Assembly (NCBI GenBank): GCA_024695815.1
Contig: JAILHK010000006.1
Location: forward strand, 39,177-103,176
Origin: Prevotella sp.
GTDB lineage: Bacteria > Bacteroidota > Bacteroidia > Bacteroidales > Bacteroidaceae
Reading direction: 5' to 3'
DNA: 64,000 nt
Shown here: positions 16,364-26,704 of the stretch, one piece after another
Numbering within the stretch: position 1 is the first letter of the stretch
Layout: the number at the start of each line of letters is the position of its first letter
The notes under the pieces: generated by a model
The model's database searches: none
Seen by the model: the letters and a program-made list of their open reading frames with translations, nothing else
Told to the model about the DNA's origin: nothing
Translations under genes and position numbers: made by a program

Positions 16364-18358
16364 TTATTCGTCTCCACCTTCGGTATCACTGTCGGTATCA
16401 CCGTCGGTAGTAGTCTTGTCCCAGAAAGGAGGCTGATGCAGCTTGGGGTTCTTGTCGGCTTCCTGATAGTAGATGGGGAACCAATAGTAGGCAGGACGCC
16501 ATACGCGGGTCATGAACTTGGTGCGCTTGAAGAAGTCGGTCTTGTTGTCGCCCTGGGCGTTCATGCCGTAGCAGGCACCGTTCATCTCGGGGATGTCTTC
16601 GGCCAGCATCAGACGACGGATGTCGAACCAGCGGTTGTTCTCGCAGCTCAGCTCTACGCGGCGCTCCATATAGACAACCTTACGAACAGCCTCCTGGGTA
16701 TTGTCGATGTGGATGTAGTCGGGATCCTCGATGGTCACAGCATCGAAGGTGTACTGACGTACGCCGGCACGCTCACGAATCTTGTTCAGATACTTCAGCG
16801 ACTCCAGACGGGCAGCGTCGGTGTCGTAAGCCTCGTTCTCGGCCTCGGCATAGTCGAGGTAGGTGAAGGCCAGACGATAGATGAAGCCCTGACGGTCGGT
16901 GATGGTTCCCTCCTTGTAGTTGTCGGTCACGCAGAGACTCTTACGAGCCAGGTAGCCGTTCTGAGGAGCATCGTGGGGAGATGACGACTGGATGTTGTCG
17001 CGACCATCGTAGAAGAAGTCGTAGGCACGCTCGCCGCCAGTAACGCAGAGACGTGAACCGTGGAATGAAACGGCATTGTAGAAACGGGGCTCACGGTTGC
17101 AGTACATGTTGAAGATACCCTTGCCTGTGATCTCGCCGGGCTTGCCGGTGCCATACTGCCAGGTGGTCTCATCGGAACGATCGTCGATCTTGTTAGAGAA
17201 GCCAGCCTCGCTGTAGCCAGAGTTAGGATCGCTGATGGGCAGACCATTCTTGGTGAAGAATGCATCTACGTAGCCCTGGTAAACACCCAGACCGTTACCA
17301 CCACCGTACTCACGAACAGAAACGCAGCGGAGGAAGGTGTTGCGGTAGTCGTTGCCCTTGGTCACAGGGAACGTGATCTCGCGGTTGCCCTCAGCCCATT
17401 TCTTGATGTGCACATTATAGGTTGACATGAAGGGGTCGATCTTGCCGTTGGGACCCTGCTCGGTGTAGAGGGCATAGCCTGCTTTCTCGGCCTCGTCGAT
17501 ACAGAGCTTACAAGCCTCGGCAGCCTTGATCCACTTGTTGTGGTCATAGACGGGATTGAAGATCTGCTCGCCCTTGTCGTTTTTATACTTAGCATACTCG
17601 TCGGCAAACTTCTTGTTGCCGTTGACCAGTGGACTGGCAGCGAAAAGCAACATGCGTGAACGCACGGTCAGCGCCATGATCTTGTTGATACGACCATACT
17701 TGGCGGGGTCGCTATAGATGGCGGGCAGCGCATCGGCAGCCTCGAGCATCTCCTTGTCGCAGTAGTTCACCACGTCGTCGAACTTTGACTGACCGGTCAT
17801 CAGTGTAGAGATGTCGGCATCGGTAGCGGCAATCGTGTTGCCTGTGAAAGGCACACCACCATAGTTCTCGGCCATGAGCCACCAGGCATAGGCACAGAGG
17901 AACTTCACCTCGTTCTTCATGTTGTCAACCTCGCTCTGTGGCAGATCGTGGTCGGGCATGGCATGAATCTTCTGCTGGAAGATCAGACCATGGCGCACAT
18001 AGAGGGGCATACGTGACCAAAGGTCGCCATCCCAAGGAGAGTTGACGGTCCATGAGCCAGTGATCTTATCAATCACCTGAGCCCAGTCCCACTGACGCCA
18101 GCGCTCTGAGGGCACCATATCGTCTGACATGATCTCGTAGCCATCGGCAGTGAGCGACCACTTGTCGGGTTTGTGAATAACGTTATAGACGGTAGCCAAC
18201 CAGCCATACACCTTGTCGCGGTTGGAGAACACCATGTCAGTGTCGAGCTCGGTATCGGGCTCCTTGTCCAGATAGTCGGCACAAGAAGTGGTGAGCTGTG
18301 TGAGCGACAGGGCCATCAGTCCGGCCGCCATATATTTTTTGAATTTAAATGTCTTCAT
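16364..18358 (-). CDS. RagB/SusD family lipoprotein
   Basis: TTSC lipobox, DYLDKEP, REPRFY, YLDYAEAENE, ERRVELSCENNRWFDIRR. Confidence 0.93.
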   Translation of the reverse strand: MKTFKFKKYMAAGLMALSLTQLTTSCADYLDKEPDTELDTDMVFSNRDKVYGWLATVYNVIHKPDKWSLTADGYEIMSDDMVPSERWRQWDWAQVIDKITGSWTVNSPWDGDLWSRMPLYVRHGLIFQQKIHAMPDHDLPQSEVDNMKNEVKFLCAYAWWLMAENYGGVPFTGNTIAATDADISTLMTGQSKFDDVVNYCDKEMLEAADALPAIYSDPAKYGRINKIMALTVRSRMLLFAASPLVNGNKKFADEYAKYKNDKGEQIFNPVYDHNKWIKAAEACKLCIDEAEKAGYALYTEQGPNGKIDPFMSTYNVHIKKWAEGNREITFPVTKGNDYRNTFLRCVSVREYGGGNGLGVYQGYVDAFFTKNGLPISDPNSGYSEAGFSNKIDDRSDETTWQYGTGKPGEITGKGIFNMYCNREPRFYNAVSFHGSRLCVTGGERAYDFFYDGRDNIQSSSPHDAPQNGYLARKSLCVTDNYKEGTITDRQGFIYRLAFTYLDYAEAENEAYDTDAARLESLKYLNKIRERAGVRQYTFDAVTIEDPDYIHIDNTQEAVRKVVYMERRVELSCENNRWFDIRRLMLAEDIPEMNGACYGMNAQGDNKTDFFKRTKFMTRVWRPAYYWFPIYYQEADKNPKLHQPPFWDKTTTDGDTDSDTEGGDE

Positions 18359-18380
18359 AATTCTTTAATGCTTTATACGA

Positions 18381-21300
18381 TTAGAATGTGATATCAAGAC
18401 CAAACATAACAGAGCGGTTGAGCGGGTAGTTCAGACCGTTGCTGGTAGAAATCTCGGGGTCCCACAACTTGAACGAAGAGAGGCAGAACAGGTTGTTGCC
18501 GCTGACAAACACACGACAGCTCTTGCCATAGATAGGCTCGATCCACTCCTTAGGCAGGGTGTAGCCAATCTCGATGGTCTTACAGCGCAGGAAGCTCATG
18601 TTCTTCTTCCACCATGTAGAAGCACGGTAGTTGTTCTTGTTAGGACCATAGGTCAGACGAGGCCAGAAAGCATAGGGATCCTGGTTGTCGTCGGTCCAGC
18701 GGTCGTCGATATACATAGAGTAAGCATTACCCTCGGTTGTGGTACCACCACCAGGGAGGAAGTAAGGCTGACCACCAATGATGCGGTACATGTCGCCAGA
18801 ACCCTGGAAGAAGAAGTTCAGGTCGAGGTTCTTCCAGCTGACAACGCCACCGAAACCATAGACGATACGTGGGTTGAGTGTGCCACCGATGAAGCCTTCA
18901 TCCTTGTCGTCGATGACCTTATCGTCGTTCACGTCAACATACTTGATGTCACCAGGCCATACGGCAGCAGCACCTGCATTCTGATGAGGAATGCCTTCGA
19001 GGAGGATCGGATTGCCGGCACCGTCGAGCTTGAGTGAACCGTCGGCATTGAGTTCAAAGTCGCTGTAAGCAAACAGACGCTCGGCTGTGAGACCATAGAG
19101 CTCACCCATCGAGCGACCAGTCTGGCGCTGGTGTGCGGCCTTGGCCTCAGGTTCGTCGTACTCAGTAATCTTGTTCTTGGCAAAGGTGAAGTTACCATAG
19201 GCTGAGGTGTACCAGTCCTTGTTCCACTGCTTGTGGAAGTTGAGGGTGAACTCGATACCCTTGTTCTCCATCTTACCATAGTTAGCATAAGGCTGGCTCT
19301 CGTAGGGGATACCACTCTGTGAGGGCACGCTGCTACGACGCATGAAGATGTCCTTACGATTCTCGGTGAACACATCGAAGGTGAAGTCGATGGCATTCAG
19401 TGCAGAAATCTCGAAACCGAGGTTCTTCTTCAGTACGGTCTCCCATGTCAGGTTGGTCACACCATACTCTTTCTCCTTGATACCAGAGGTGCTACGCTGA
19501 CCGGTGGTACCCCAAGAGTAACCATAACCATCATCATAGCCCACAACACCGAGGTATGCGAAACGACGACCACCAATGTTATCGTCACCAGCCAGACCGA
19601 TGCTACCACGCAGCTTGATCTTGCTGAAGGTTGACTTCATAGACTCCATCCAGGGCTCTTCGCTGATCAACCAACCGAGTGCGAATGAGGGGAAGAAACC
19701 GAAGCGCTGACCCTTGGCAAAGTTCTCAGAACCGTTGTAACCGAAGTTGAACTCAGCCACGTAGCGGTTGTCGTAGGTTCCAGACAGACGTCCGGCAACA
19801 CCCTGCTTGCGGTAGTCCTGGATATCGCCACTGTCGTAGGCCTGCTGGTTGTAGAGGAACAGAGCATCAACGTCCATCTTGCCGAAGCGACGGCTATACA
19901 TCAGGTCGGCCTCGAGATAGATATTGGTGTTACCATACTCACCCTTAGAATAGTGAGGCATGGACTCGTCACCCGTCTGATACTGGGTGTAGATGAGGTT
20001 ACCCTCAACGTCACGGCCAGTGGCGGGGAACACGGTGCTCACGTTGGTGTTGCGGCCGCGCTCACTCTGGTTCCAGCGGTCGAAGCTGAACAGCACCTTA
20101 GCCTTCAGGCCTTTGGTGATCATCTTCAGATCCTGCTCTACAGAGAAAAGGGTCTGCAACTTAGAAGAGGTGCGGAAGTTATAACCACCCTGAGTCACAT
20201 CGAGCCAGGGGTTAGAACGGTTTGACACCAAGGGAATGGCACCATCGCTATAGCGTGCGGGATAGGCGAACGGCAGCGTCATGAAGGCATGGTCGAAAGC
20301 CACGTTGGTGTCAACGCCCTGCTTCTTGAAGCGGTTCAGATAACCACCGATATTAACGCGCAGCAAAGTGGTCTTGGTGACGTCCATATCGATGTTGGTG
20401 CGCAGGTTGAACTGCTGGTTGTTGGTGGCATTGTCAATAGGCAATGTCTTGTCCTGCTCGAGGATACCACCCTCTTTGAAGTAAGAAGCCACGATAGAGT
20501 AACGAAGGAAGTCGCTACCACCGCTTACATCTACATTACCACGTGTGGTGTAGGCATGATCCTTGGTGATGACATCAATCCAGTTGACATCGGGATAGAG
20601 GTCGGGGTCATAGCCAGAACGTGTGCGGTCGATACGCTCTTGTGTGAAGGGAAGTGGCTTGCCATCCTGGGCAGCTAGAGTGTTCAACAGGGTCATATAG
20701 TCGGGAGCATTCAAGAACTCGGGGAACTTGGTGGGCTCGCTGATGGCGTGCTCTACGTGGAAGCGTACCTGTGGAGCACCAATCTTACCACGCTTGGTGG
20801 TGATGACGATGACACCGTTAGCACCACGTACACCATACATGGCCTGGGCAGAAGCATCCTTCAGCACTGAGAACGACTCGATCTCGGCTACATCGACATT
20901 GTTAAGGTCGCGAGCCACACCATCGATCAGCACCAGAGGGGCGTTGTTGCCGTGGAACGTTGACATACCACGAATCCAGAACTCTGAATCGTCGTAGCCA
21001 GGCTCACCAGAACGCTGGATACCAATCACACCGGCCAGCTTACCAGCCAGGTTATTAGATAATGTACGCGTAGTACCGAACTGCAGCTCGGCAGGTTTGA
21101 TGGTCTCGATAGAACCGATGATAGAAGCCTTCTTCTGGCTGCTATAACCGGTAACCACTACCTCGCTGAACTCGTTGACGTCTTCCTCCATCTGAACGTT
21201 CAGCAACTTGGCGCCATTCAGCTTCACCTGCTTTTTCTTGAAGCCCATGTAACTGAACTCCAGCATGGTGTTGCTCTTGGTGGGAGCCATGATTTTAAAC

Positions 21301-21545
21301 ATACCATCGAAATCTGTGATGGCGCGTACATCAGAACCAACCACCGTCACGGTAACACCGATAAGGGGCTGTTTCTCACCGTCGGTCACCAAACCGGTCA
21401 CCTGTGCTTTGTTAGCACTCTGTTGTACATCAGCGCGGGCCTGCTGAAGTGCAGGTGCTGCAACCAACATAGCCATTGTGCACAGCATCATGGTGCCAGT
21501 TGGCAGCCATTCTTTGCAAAACTTTGATAATTGCTTTTTCATCAT
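18381..21545 (-). CDS. SusC/RagA TonB-dependent transporter
   Basis: PLVLIDG, SVLKDASA.AMYGVRGANGVIVITTKRG, GFFPSFALGW, LTWE, terminal F. Confidence 0.96.
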   Translation of the reverse strand: MMKKQLSKFCKEWLPTGTMMLCTMAMLVAAPALQQARADVQQSANKAQVTGLVTDGEKQPLIGVTVTVVGSDVRAITDFDGMFKIMAPTKSNTMLEFSYMGFKKKQVKLNGAKLLNVQMEEDVNEFSEVVVTGYSSQKKASIIGSIETIKPAELQFGTTRTLSNNLAGKLAGVIGIQRSGEPGYDDSEFWIRGMSTFHGNNAPLVLIDGVARDLNNVDVAEIESFSVLKDASAQAMYGVRGANGVIVITTKRGKIGAPQVRFHVEHAISEPTKFPEFLNAPDYMTLLNTLAAQDGKPLPFTQERIDRTRSGYDPDLYPDVNWIDVITKDHAYTTRGNVDVSGGSDFLRYSIVASYFKEGGILEQDKTLPIDNATNNQQFNLRTNIDMDVTKTTLLRVNIGGYLNRFKKQGVDTNVAFDHAFMTLPFAYPARYSDGAIPLVSNRSNPWLDVTQGGYNFRTSSKLQTLFSVEQDLKMITKGLKAKVLFSFDRWNQSERGRNTNVSTVFPATGRDVEGNLIYTQYQTGDESMPHYSKGEYGNTNIYLEADLMYSRRFGKMDVDALFLYNQQAYDSGDIQDYRKQGVAGRLSGTYDNRYVAEFNFGYNGSENFAKGQRFGFFPSFALGWLISEEPWMESMKSTFSKIKLRGSIGLAGDDNIGGRRFAYLGVVGYDDGYGYSWGTTGQRSTSGIKEKEYGVTNLTWETVLKKNLGFEISALNAIDFTFDVFTENRKDIFMRRSSVPSQSGIPYESQPYANYGKMENKGIEFTLNFHKQWNKDWYTSAYGNFTFAKNKITEYDEPEAKAAHQRQTGRSMGELYGLTAERLFAYSDFELNADGSLKLDGAGNPILLEGIPHQNAGAAAVWPGDIKYVDVNDDKVIDDKDEGFIGGTLNPRIVYGFGGVVSWKNLDLNFFFQGSGDMYRIIGGQPYFLPGGGTTTEGNAYSMYIDDRWTDDNQDPYAFWPRLTYGPNKNNYRASTWWKKNMSFLRCKTIEIGYTLPKEWIEPIYGKSCRVFVSGNNLFCLSSFKLWDPEISTSNGLNYPLNRSVMFGLDITF

Positions 21546-21581
21546 ACTTACTTACGTTTTTAGCTATTAATGACTTTTGTG

Positions 21582-21589
21582 CAAAATTA
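21582..21589 (-). promoter_or_regulatory. -7 promoter box of susC
   Basis: TAATTTTG on minus strand, ~37 bp upstream of the start. Confidence 0.6.
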
Positions 21590-21624
21590 AGCATATTTTA
21601 AAATAATAACTAAGGAATAACGGT

Positions 21625-21740
21625 TTGTATTAATGGAAAACGATTAATACAATTTGTAACGGTACTGATAATCAAGCAATTAAAAAAAAGTGCAAAGCGG
21701 TTTTGTATAACCGAAATATTAGATTTTTGGCGTTATACAA
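21625..21740. promoter_or_regulatory. two inverted-repeat operator candidates upstream of susC
   Basis: TTGTATTAAT-N8-ATTAATACAA (21625-21652) and TTGTATAAC-N20-GTTATACAA (21703-21740). Confidence 0.45.
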
Positions 21741-21743
21741 CAC

Positions 21744-21772
21744 AAAAAAAGGTAGCCGAAGCTACCTTTTTT
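21744..21772 (-). terminator. rho-independent terminator overlapping the GH43 stop
   Basis: AAAAAAAGGTAGC-cgaa-GCTACCTTTTTT. Confidence 0.75.
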
Positions 21773-22745
21773 TAAGCGGAGAGGGGCTCACACCCTCAAA
21801 AGTCATCTTGACGGGTTTGATAAATCCTTGGTCGTCGAACTCTAATTTATCGATGCAGGTGACGCGGTGATCGCGGCCTGTGTCACCCAACGGACGACGG
21901 TGATAAACGATGTACCACTCGTCGGCACCGGCCCCCTTCACCACCGAGTGATGACCAGCGCCGGTGGCCACTGCTGGGTCTTGCTGCAGAATCTTGCCGA
22001 TGCGCTTGAACGGACCCATGGGAGAGTCGCTGATGGCATAGGCCACACTGTAGTGGGGACCGCCCCAGCCGCCTTCACTCCACATGAAGTAGTACTTGCC
22101 GCCACGTTTCAACATGAAAGGACCCTCAACATAGTTCTCGGGAGTCACCTCTTTATACATGGTTCCATCGGCAAACGGCTCCAAACTGAGAAGGTCGGGG
22201 GCCATCTTTACCATGTTGCAATGGCCCCAGCCACCGTAGTACATATAGTACTGACCGTCGTCATCGCGGAACACGAACTGGTCGATGGGCTGTGCACCAT
22301 TCACAATATTCTGAATCAAGGGCTTGCCAAGAGCGTCCTTGTAAGGGCCCTGTGGCTTCTTGCTGACTGCCACGCCGATGCCGCCAACCTCGCCCTCGTG
22401 GACGTCGTTGGCCGAGAAGAACAGATAGTAGAGACCATCTTTCTCGAGAATGGCTGGTGCCCACATGGCGCGACGTGCCCAACTGACATTCTCGCTGGTG
22501 AGCACGCGTGAGTGTTTCTTCCACTTCACCAGGTCGCGAGAAGAGAACGCATCGAAATACAACTGGTCGTCATACTCGGCAGAGAAGGTGGGGAAAATCC
22601 AATACTGGTTGTTGAGTACAGCAGCCTCGGGGTCGGCATACCACCCCTGGAACAGGGGGTTACCGCTGGTGCGCACCTTCTTGGCATAGGTCATAGAACC
22701 TGCGCACACTAGCAGCGAAAGAGCAAAAATTATCTTCTTATACAT
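21762..22745 (-). CDS. glycoside hydrolase family 43 (furanosidase-type)
   Basis: YADPEA, MWAPA, IDQFVF, VEGPF, GHHSV; signal peptide. Confidence 0.9.
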   Translation of the reverse strand: MYKKIIFALSLLVCAGSMTYAKKVRTSGNPLFQGWYADPEAAVLNNQYWIFPTFSAEYDDQLYFDAFSSRDLVKWKKHSRVLTSENVSWARRAMWAPAILEKDGLYYLFFSANDVHEGEVGGIGVAVSKKPQGPYKDALGKPLIQNIVNGAQPIDQFVFRDDDGQYYMYYGGWGHCNMVKMAPDLLSLEPFADGTMYKEVTPENYVEGPFMLKRGGKYYFMWSEGGWGGPHYSVAYAISDSPMGPFKRIGKILQQDPAVATGAGHHSVVKGAGADEWYIVYHRRPLGDTGRDHRVTCIDKLEFDDQGFIKPVKMTFEGVSPSPLKKR

Positions 22746-22758
22746 ATATTCTATCTTA

Positions 22759-25134
22759 TTATCTTACCATAAACTTCTTATGACCACGGATATAAAGACC
22801 GGGCTTCAGAACCGAGCGGTGCTTCACACCGGTCAGCGAATACCACGACTGGTCTTGTGGTTCTGTCTGGCTGACTGCCGACGTGATGGCGGCGGGATCG
22901 TCCACACGACTCAGCATGATGACGTCGATATAGGGAGCACCGCCATTGTCGTTACCAAACGTAATGGTGTTGCTGCCAGCCTTGAGCGTCACCTTCAGGC
23001 GCTTCACCTTGGCCTTGGCTGCATCCAGGCTGCCCGTGCTCTCGTAGGTGGATGATACCTTGGTGCCATTGTTCACACGGATGTACATCTGACGGTTCAG
23101 CGAGTAGAAGTAGGTGACGTCCACATAGTAGTCGCCTGCCTCTACGGCATCGTACTTAAAGGTTATCGTATTGCTAAGGCCATTGCCGATATTGCGGGCA
23201 TACATACCACCTGAAGCATCGTCCGACTGACCCAGCGTCACCTGTCCTGTGGTCACGGCATGCTCAGCCTCCAACTTGTTGAACACGTCGCTGAGGTAGC
23301 TGACCTCTATCTTTTCAATCTCGGGCAACTGATTGCTGCTGTTGCTGAAACAGAGACTGTTCTCGCCTGCTTTAAGCGTGGTGAACAGCATCCGCTGCCC
23401 CTGTGCACTACCCGTGGCAGCCAATGTGACTGATTGAGCTGCGCCGTCGCTAATAGTCAGCGACTGGGTGGTCTTGCTCTGGGCTCGGTAGAACAGCTTC
23501 ACCAGGTAATGACCGGCACGCTCTGCCTGATAGGTGAAGGTGATACTGCGCTGCTCGTCGCGCTGGGCATCGGCCGATGAAATGGCCGTTTTTTGCAATT
23601 TGCCGACAGGAACACTGAAAGCAGCAGCCAACGAAGCTGCACCACCGAAGGCACACCCCTGGAGGCTGTAGTCAACCGCATCGTTGCCAGTGCCGAACAT
23701 AAAGTCCTCGCTGGCCTTGGTCAACCAGGCGGAATGACCAAACGAACGAGAGTTCAGGTTGTTGTAGGCACGCGCTGCGTTGGCAAGCACCCACTGCTGG
23801 TAGTTCTCGTTGTTGAACTCGCGAGCATACAGGCCAGCATAGCGCATCAAGATGCCCTTGAAGCCCTGGAAGTCGCCATCGGCACTCTGACAAACATGGA
23901 TAATGCCTTCGTTATTACAGAGGTCAACGCGCGCTCTGTTGATGATCTTGTCAGCATCCTGCTTATACTGTTCGGTACCGTAATGGCGGTACAACAAGAT
24001 GGCAGCACCCAGCATGGTGCCCTGGTTGTAGCTAGAAACCCAGTTGTTGCGACTCTTCACCGTCAGTGTGTTGGGGTCGAGTACCACGCTGTCCCACACC
24101 TTACCGGTAGAGGCTTCAAACAGATACTGACGCTGGTTCTGGTACAGTTCGCGAGCCTTCTCAAAGTAGCTCTCGTCGCCAGTGCCCATGCCAAGATAGC
24201 ATGCAGCCACCTCGGCAGGACCGTTGATACACGAGTTGGTGCCATTACGATCGCCTGAGTTCTCGGCCCAGCGCAACATACCTATATATCCCAGATAAGC
24301 ACGATTCCAAATCGTGTTGAAGTTGATCTTGGCATCGTTCAGATACATCGTCTTGCCCGTCAACAGATGAGCACGGGCAGCAGCGATGATGAGCCACATC
24401 ACATCGTCGTTGAAGTCGTGGCCATACCACTTATAATCATTCTCATAGACCAGCTTGTTCCAACTGCTTCCCACCTTTTGTTTCAGATAGTTATAACAAG
24501 ACTCGAAAACGTCGAGCACACGGCTGTCGCCGGTGGCCTCATAACAGTCAAGGATGCACTCGAGGGTCTCTGCTTCGCCCCATCCGCCGGCACAGAACGT
24601 GCGGTAGCCCGTGCCGCGATCCTGCATATACTGCTGCAGATAGCCGCTGAGCATGCGCTGACGCGCCGTTTCGTCGAAGGTGGTCTGCGGCTGAACCTCC
24701 TCAATGAGCCACAGCGTACCTTTTCTGCTGATCACGGGCTGACGACCTTCTGCGGGGGTATTCAGACTGAGCGACAACCTTTGTTTCATGGTATAGCAGT
24801 CTGCCTGACTGGCATCGGCAGTCAGTGTCCAGCCAGTCTGGTTGGCAACCTGTGTCGAAGAACCATTACTACTGTCAAGATACTTGCCTGTATAAACATT
24901 GCGAAAAGCAATCATCTCTTCGCCAGCATCCTCGGCTATCCACTGCTGAACGGGCAGGTTGGTCTCGGTCCATACCACCACAGCGGCATTGGCGTTGGTG
25001 TTTGCATTGCTCGACATCAGCGATTTCGTGGCGTCGGCAACCGGAGCAATACGATAAGTCTTGCCCACCTCTATAGACCCCATGGCTATAGCGGGTATAG
25101 CCATGAGGAGAAGACTAAACAAAGATTTCTTCAT
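22759..25134 (-). CDS. GH76 endo-alpha-1,6-mannanase-like protein with N-terminal ricin-like domain, C-terminal CBM6/35-like modules and T9SS domain
   Basis: FNDDVMW catalytic DD, CINGPA, YNQGT, GFKGILMRY; QQW ricin-like motif; LEAE...LKAGSNTITF; C-terminal WYSLTG...GLYI..HKKFMVR. Confidence 0.87.
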   Translation of the reverse strand: MKKSLFSLLLMAIPAIAMGSIEVGKTYRIAPVADATKSLMSSNANTNANAAVVVWTETNLPVQQWIAEDAGEEMIAFRNVYTGKYLDSSNGSSTQVANQTGWTLTADASQADCYTMKQRLSLSLNTPAEGRQPVISRKGTLWLIEEVQPQTTFDETARQRMLSGYLQQYMQDRGTGYRTFCAGGWGEAETLECILDCYEATGDSRVLDVFESCYNYLKQKVGSSWNKLVYENDYKWYGHDFNDDVMWLIIAAARAHLLTGKTMYLNDAKINFNTIWNRAYLGYIGMLRWAENSGDRNGTNSCINGPAEVAACYLGMGTGDESYFEKARELYQNQRQYLFEASTGKVWDSVVLDPNTLTVKSRNNWVSSYNQGTMLGAAILLYRHYGTEQYKQDADKIINRARVDLCNNEGIIHVCQSADGDFQGFKGILMRYAGLYAREFNNENYQQWVLANAARAYNNLNSRSFGHSAWLTKASEDFMFGTGNDAVDYSLQGCAFGGAASLAAAFSVPVGKLQKTAISSADAQRDEQRSITFTYQAERAGHYLVKLFYRAQSKTTQSLTISDGAAQSVTLAATGSAQGQRMLFTTLKAGENSLCFSNSSNQLPEIEKIEVSYLSDVFNKLEAEHAVTTGQVTLGQSDDASGGMYARNIGNGLSNTITFKYDAVEAGDYYVDVTYFYSLNRQMYIRVNNGTKVSSTYESTGSLDAAKAKVKRLKVTLKAGSNTITFGNDNGGAPYIDVIMLSRVDDPAAITSAVSQTEPQDQSWYSLTGVKHRSVLKPGLYIRGHKKFMVR

Positions 25135-25137
25135 GAT

Positions 25138-26604
25138 TTACTGCTTCTGTACTTTCTTTAAAAGCTCCAGTTTTCCTTCGTCAATCAACTTTAGGATCAG
25201 TTCACCGAAGAGAGAGTTCTGCCAAGCAAACCATGAACGCGTATAGTTGGCAGCATCATCCTTGTGGAACGACTCGTGGATGAAGCCAGTGCCGTTGTCG
25301 GTGTTTACCAGCTGCTGTAGGCACCACAGGATTTCAGCGTCGTCCTGACTGGTAAAGGCCTTCATCATGACAGACATAGGCCATACCATGTCGTAGCCCA
25401 CATGAGGACCACCGATGCCTTCGCCAGCCTTACCGCTGAAGAAGTAGGGGTTATCCTTGCTCCACACAAAGCGACGGGTGTTCTGGTAGATAGGATCATC
25501 TACGGGCACATCGCCCAGATAAGGCATTGCCAGCAGGCTGGGCACATTACTATCGTCCATCAACAAGTGGTTGCCGAAACCATCAACCTCGAAAGCATAA
25601 ATCTTGCCATACTTAGGATGGTCATAGACCGCATATTTCTTCAGAGCCGTCTCTACCTCGTTGGCCAGCACCTTGCACTCCTTAGCCAGGGTGGCATTGT
25701 GGTTCACCTTGGTCAGCACCTCGGCGGCCTTGCGCAGAGAGGTCACTGCAAAGAAGTTAGAAGGAACCAGGAACTGGAACGTGGTGGCATCGTCTGACGG
25801 ACGGAAAGAAGACACAATCAGACCGACGGGGTTGACGGGTGTGCCGTAACCATTGTTGCTGGTGGTATCAAACTGACGGTTGGTCTTACGCTCAAAGTGG
25901 TAAGGACCGTGGTTCTCCTTGCGCTGCTGCTCGCGGAAGGTCTGCAGAATCTTCTGCATGGCCTGCTGCCACAGGTCGCCAAAGATGCTGTCGTCGCCCG
26001 TCACCAGCCAGTAATAGTAGGCCAGACGGATGGGATAGCACAGTGAGTCGATCTCGTACTTACGCTCGTGCAGCTCCAGCTTCATGTCGGTATAGTCGCT
26101 CTGCCACTCACCACCGGTAGGACCGATGTTGAATGCGTTGGCATAGGGATCGATGATGATACACTTCAGCTGACGAAGAATCGTGCCGCGCACCATCTTA
26201 CGGATGTCCTTATCCTCCTTGGCAAACTGCACGTAGGGCCAAACCTGTGCGCCAGAGTCGCGCAACCACATGGCGTGAATATCGCCGGTGTAAACGAAGG
26301 TGTCGTCGTCGCCCTCGCTATCACTGTAGTGTACGGTCGTGTCCAGCGTGTTGGGGAAACAGTTCTCGAACATCCAAGCCAGGTAGGGTGCATCTTTCAG
26401 GAGCTTCTTCACCTCCTTGATCTTCTTCTCGATGACCTCTGCATGGAACAGACGCTCTTTGGCTGCCGGGCGTCGGCACACCTTAATGTTATCAGCAGGC
26501 ACAGCAATCTGGTCTGCATACTTCATTGATACTTGATTGTTTTGCGCCGCCACAGGCACAGCCATGGCGACCATTACTGACAAAGCAATTGGTTTTAGGT
26601 TCAT
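25138..26604 (-). CDS. GH125 exo-alpha-1,6-mannosidase
   Basis: TGDIHAMWLRDS, HERKYEIDS, FRPSDD, MDDSNVPSLL, HESF, WFAWQNSLFGE; ATG 26604 preferred because the promoter box overlaps 26646. Confidence 0.93.
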   Translation of the reverse strand: MNLKPIALSVMVAMAVPVAAQNNQVSMKYADQIAVPADNIKVCRRPAAKERLFHAEVIEKKIKEVKKLLKDAPYLAWMFENCFPNTLDTTVHYSDSEGDDDTFVYTGDIHAMWLRDSGAQVWPYVQFAKEDKDIRKMVRGTILRQLKCIIIDPYANAFNIGPTGGEWQSDYTDMKLELHERKYEIDSLCYPIRLAYYYWLVTGDDSIFGDLWQQAMQKILQTFREQQRKENHGPYHFERKTNRQFDTTSNNGYGTPVNPVGLIVSSFRPSDDATTFQFLVPSNFFAVTSLRKAAEVLTKVNHNATLAKECKVLANEVETALKKYAVYDHPKYGKIYAFEVDGFGNHLLMDDSNVPSLLAMPYLGDVPVDDPIYQNTRRFVWSKDNPYFFSGKAGEGIGGPHVGYDMVWPMSVMMKAFTSQDDAEILWCLQQLVNTDNGTGFIHESFHKDDAANYTRSWFAWQNSLFGELILKLIDEGKLELLKKVQKQ

Positions 26605-26643
26605 AAAATATATTCTTTTCTCGTTACTATTCAGTTCAGTGTG

Positions 26644-26651
26644 CAAAATTA
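26644..26651 (-). promoter_or_regulatory. -7 promoter box of the GH125-GH76-GH43 operon
   Basis: TAATTTTG on minus strand. Confidence 0.6.
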
Positions 26652-26704
26652 CACATTATTTATGGGATGAGAAAGAAAAAACAAGTCAAAAAACAAAAAA
26701 AGTG

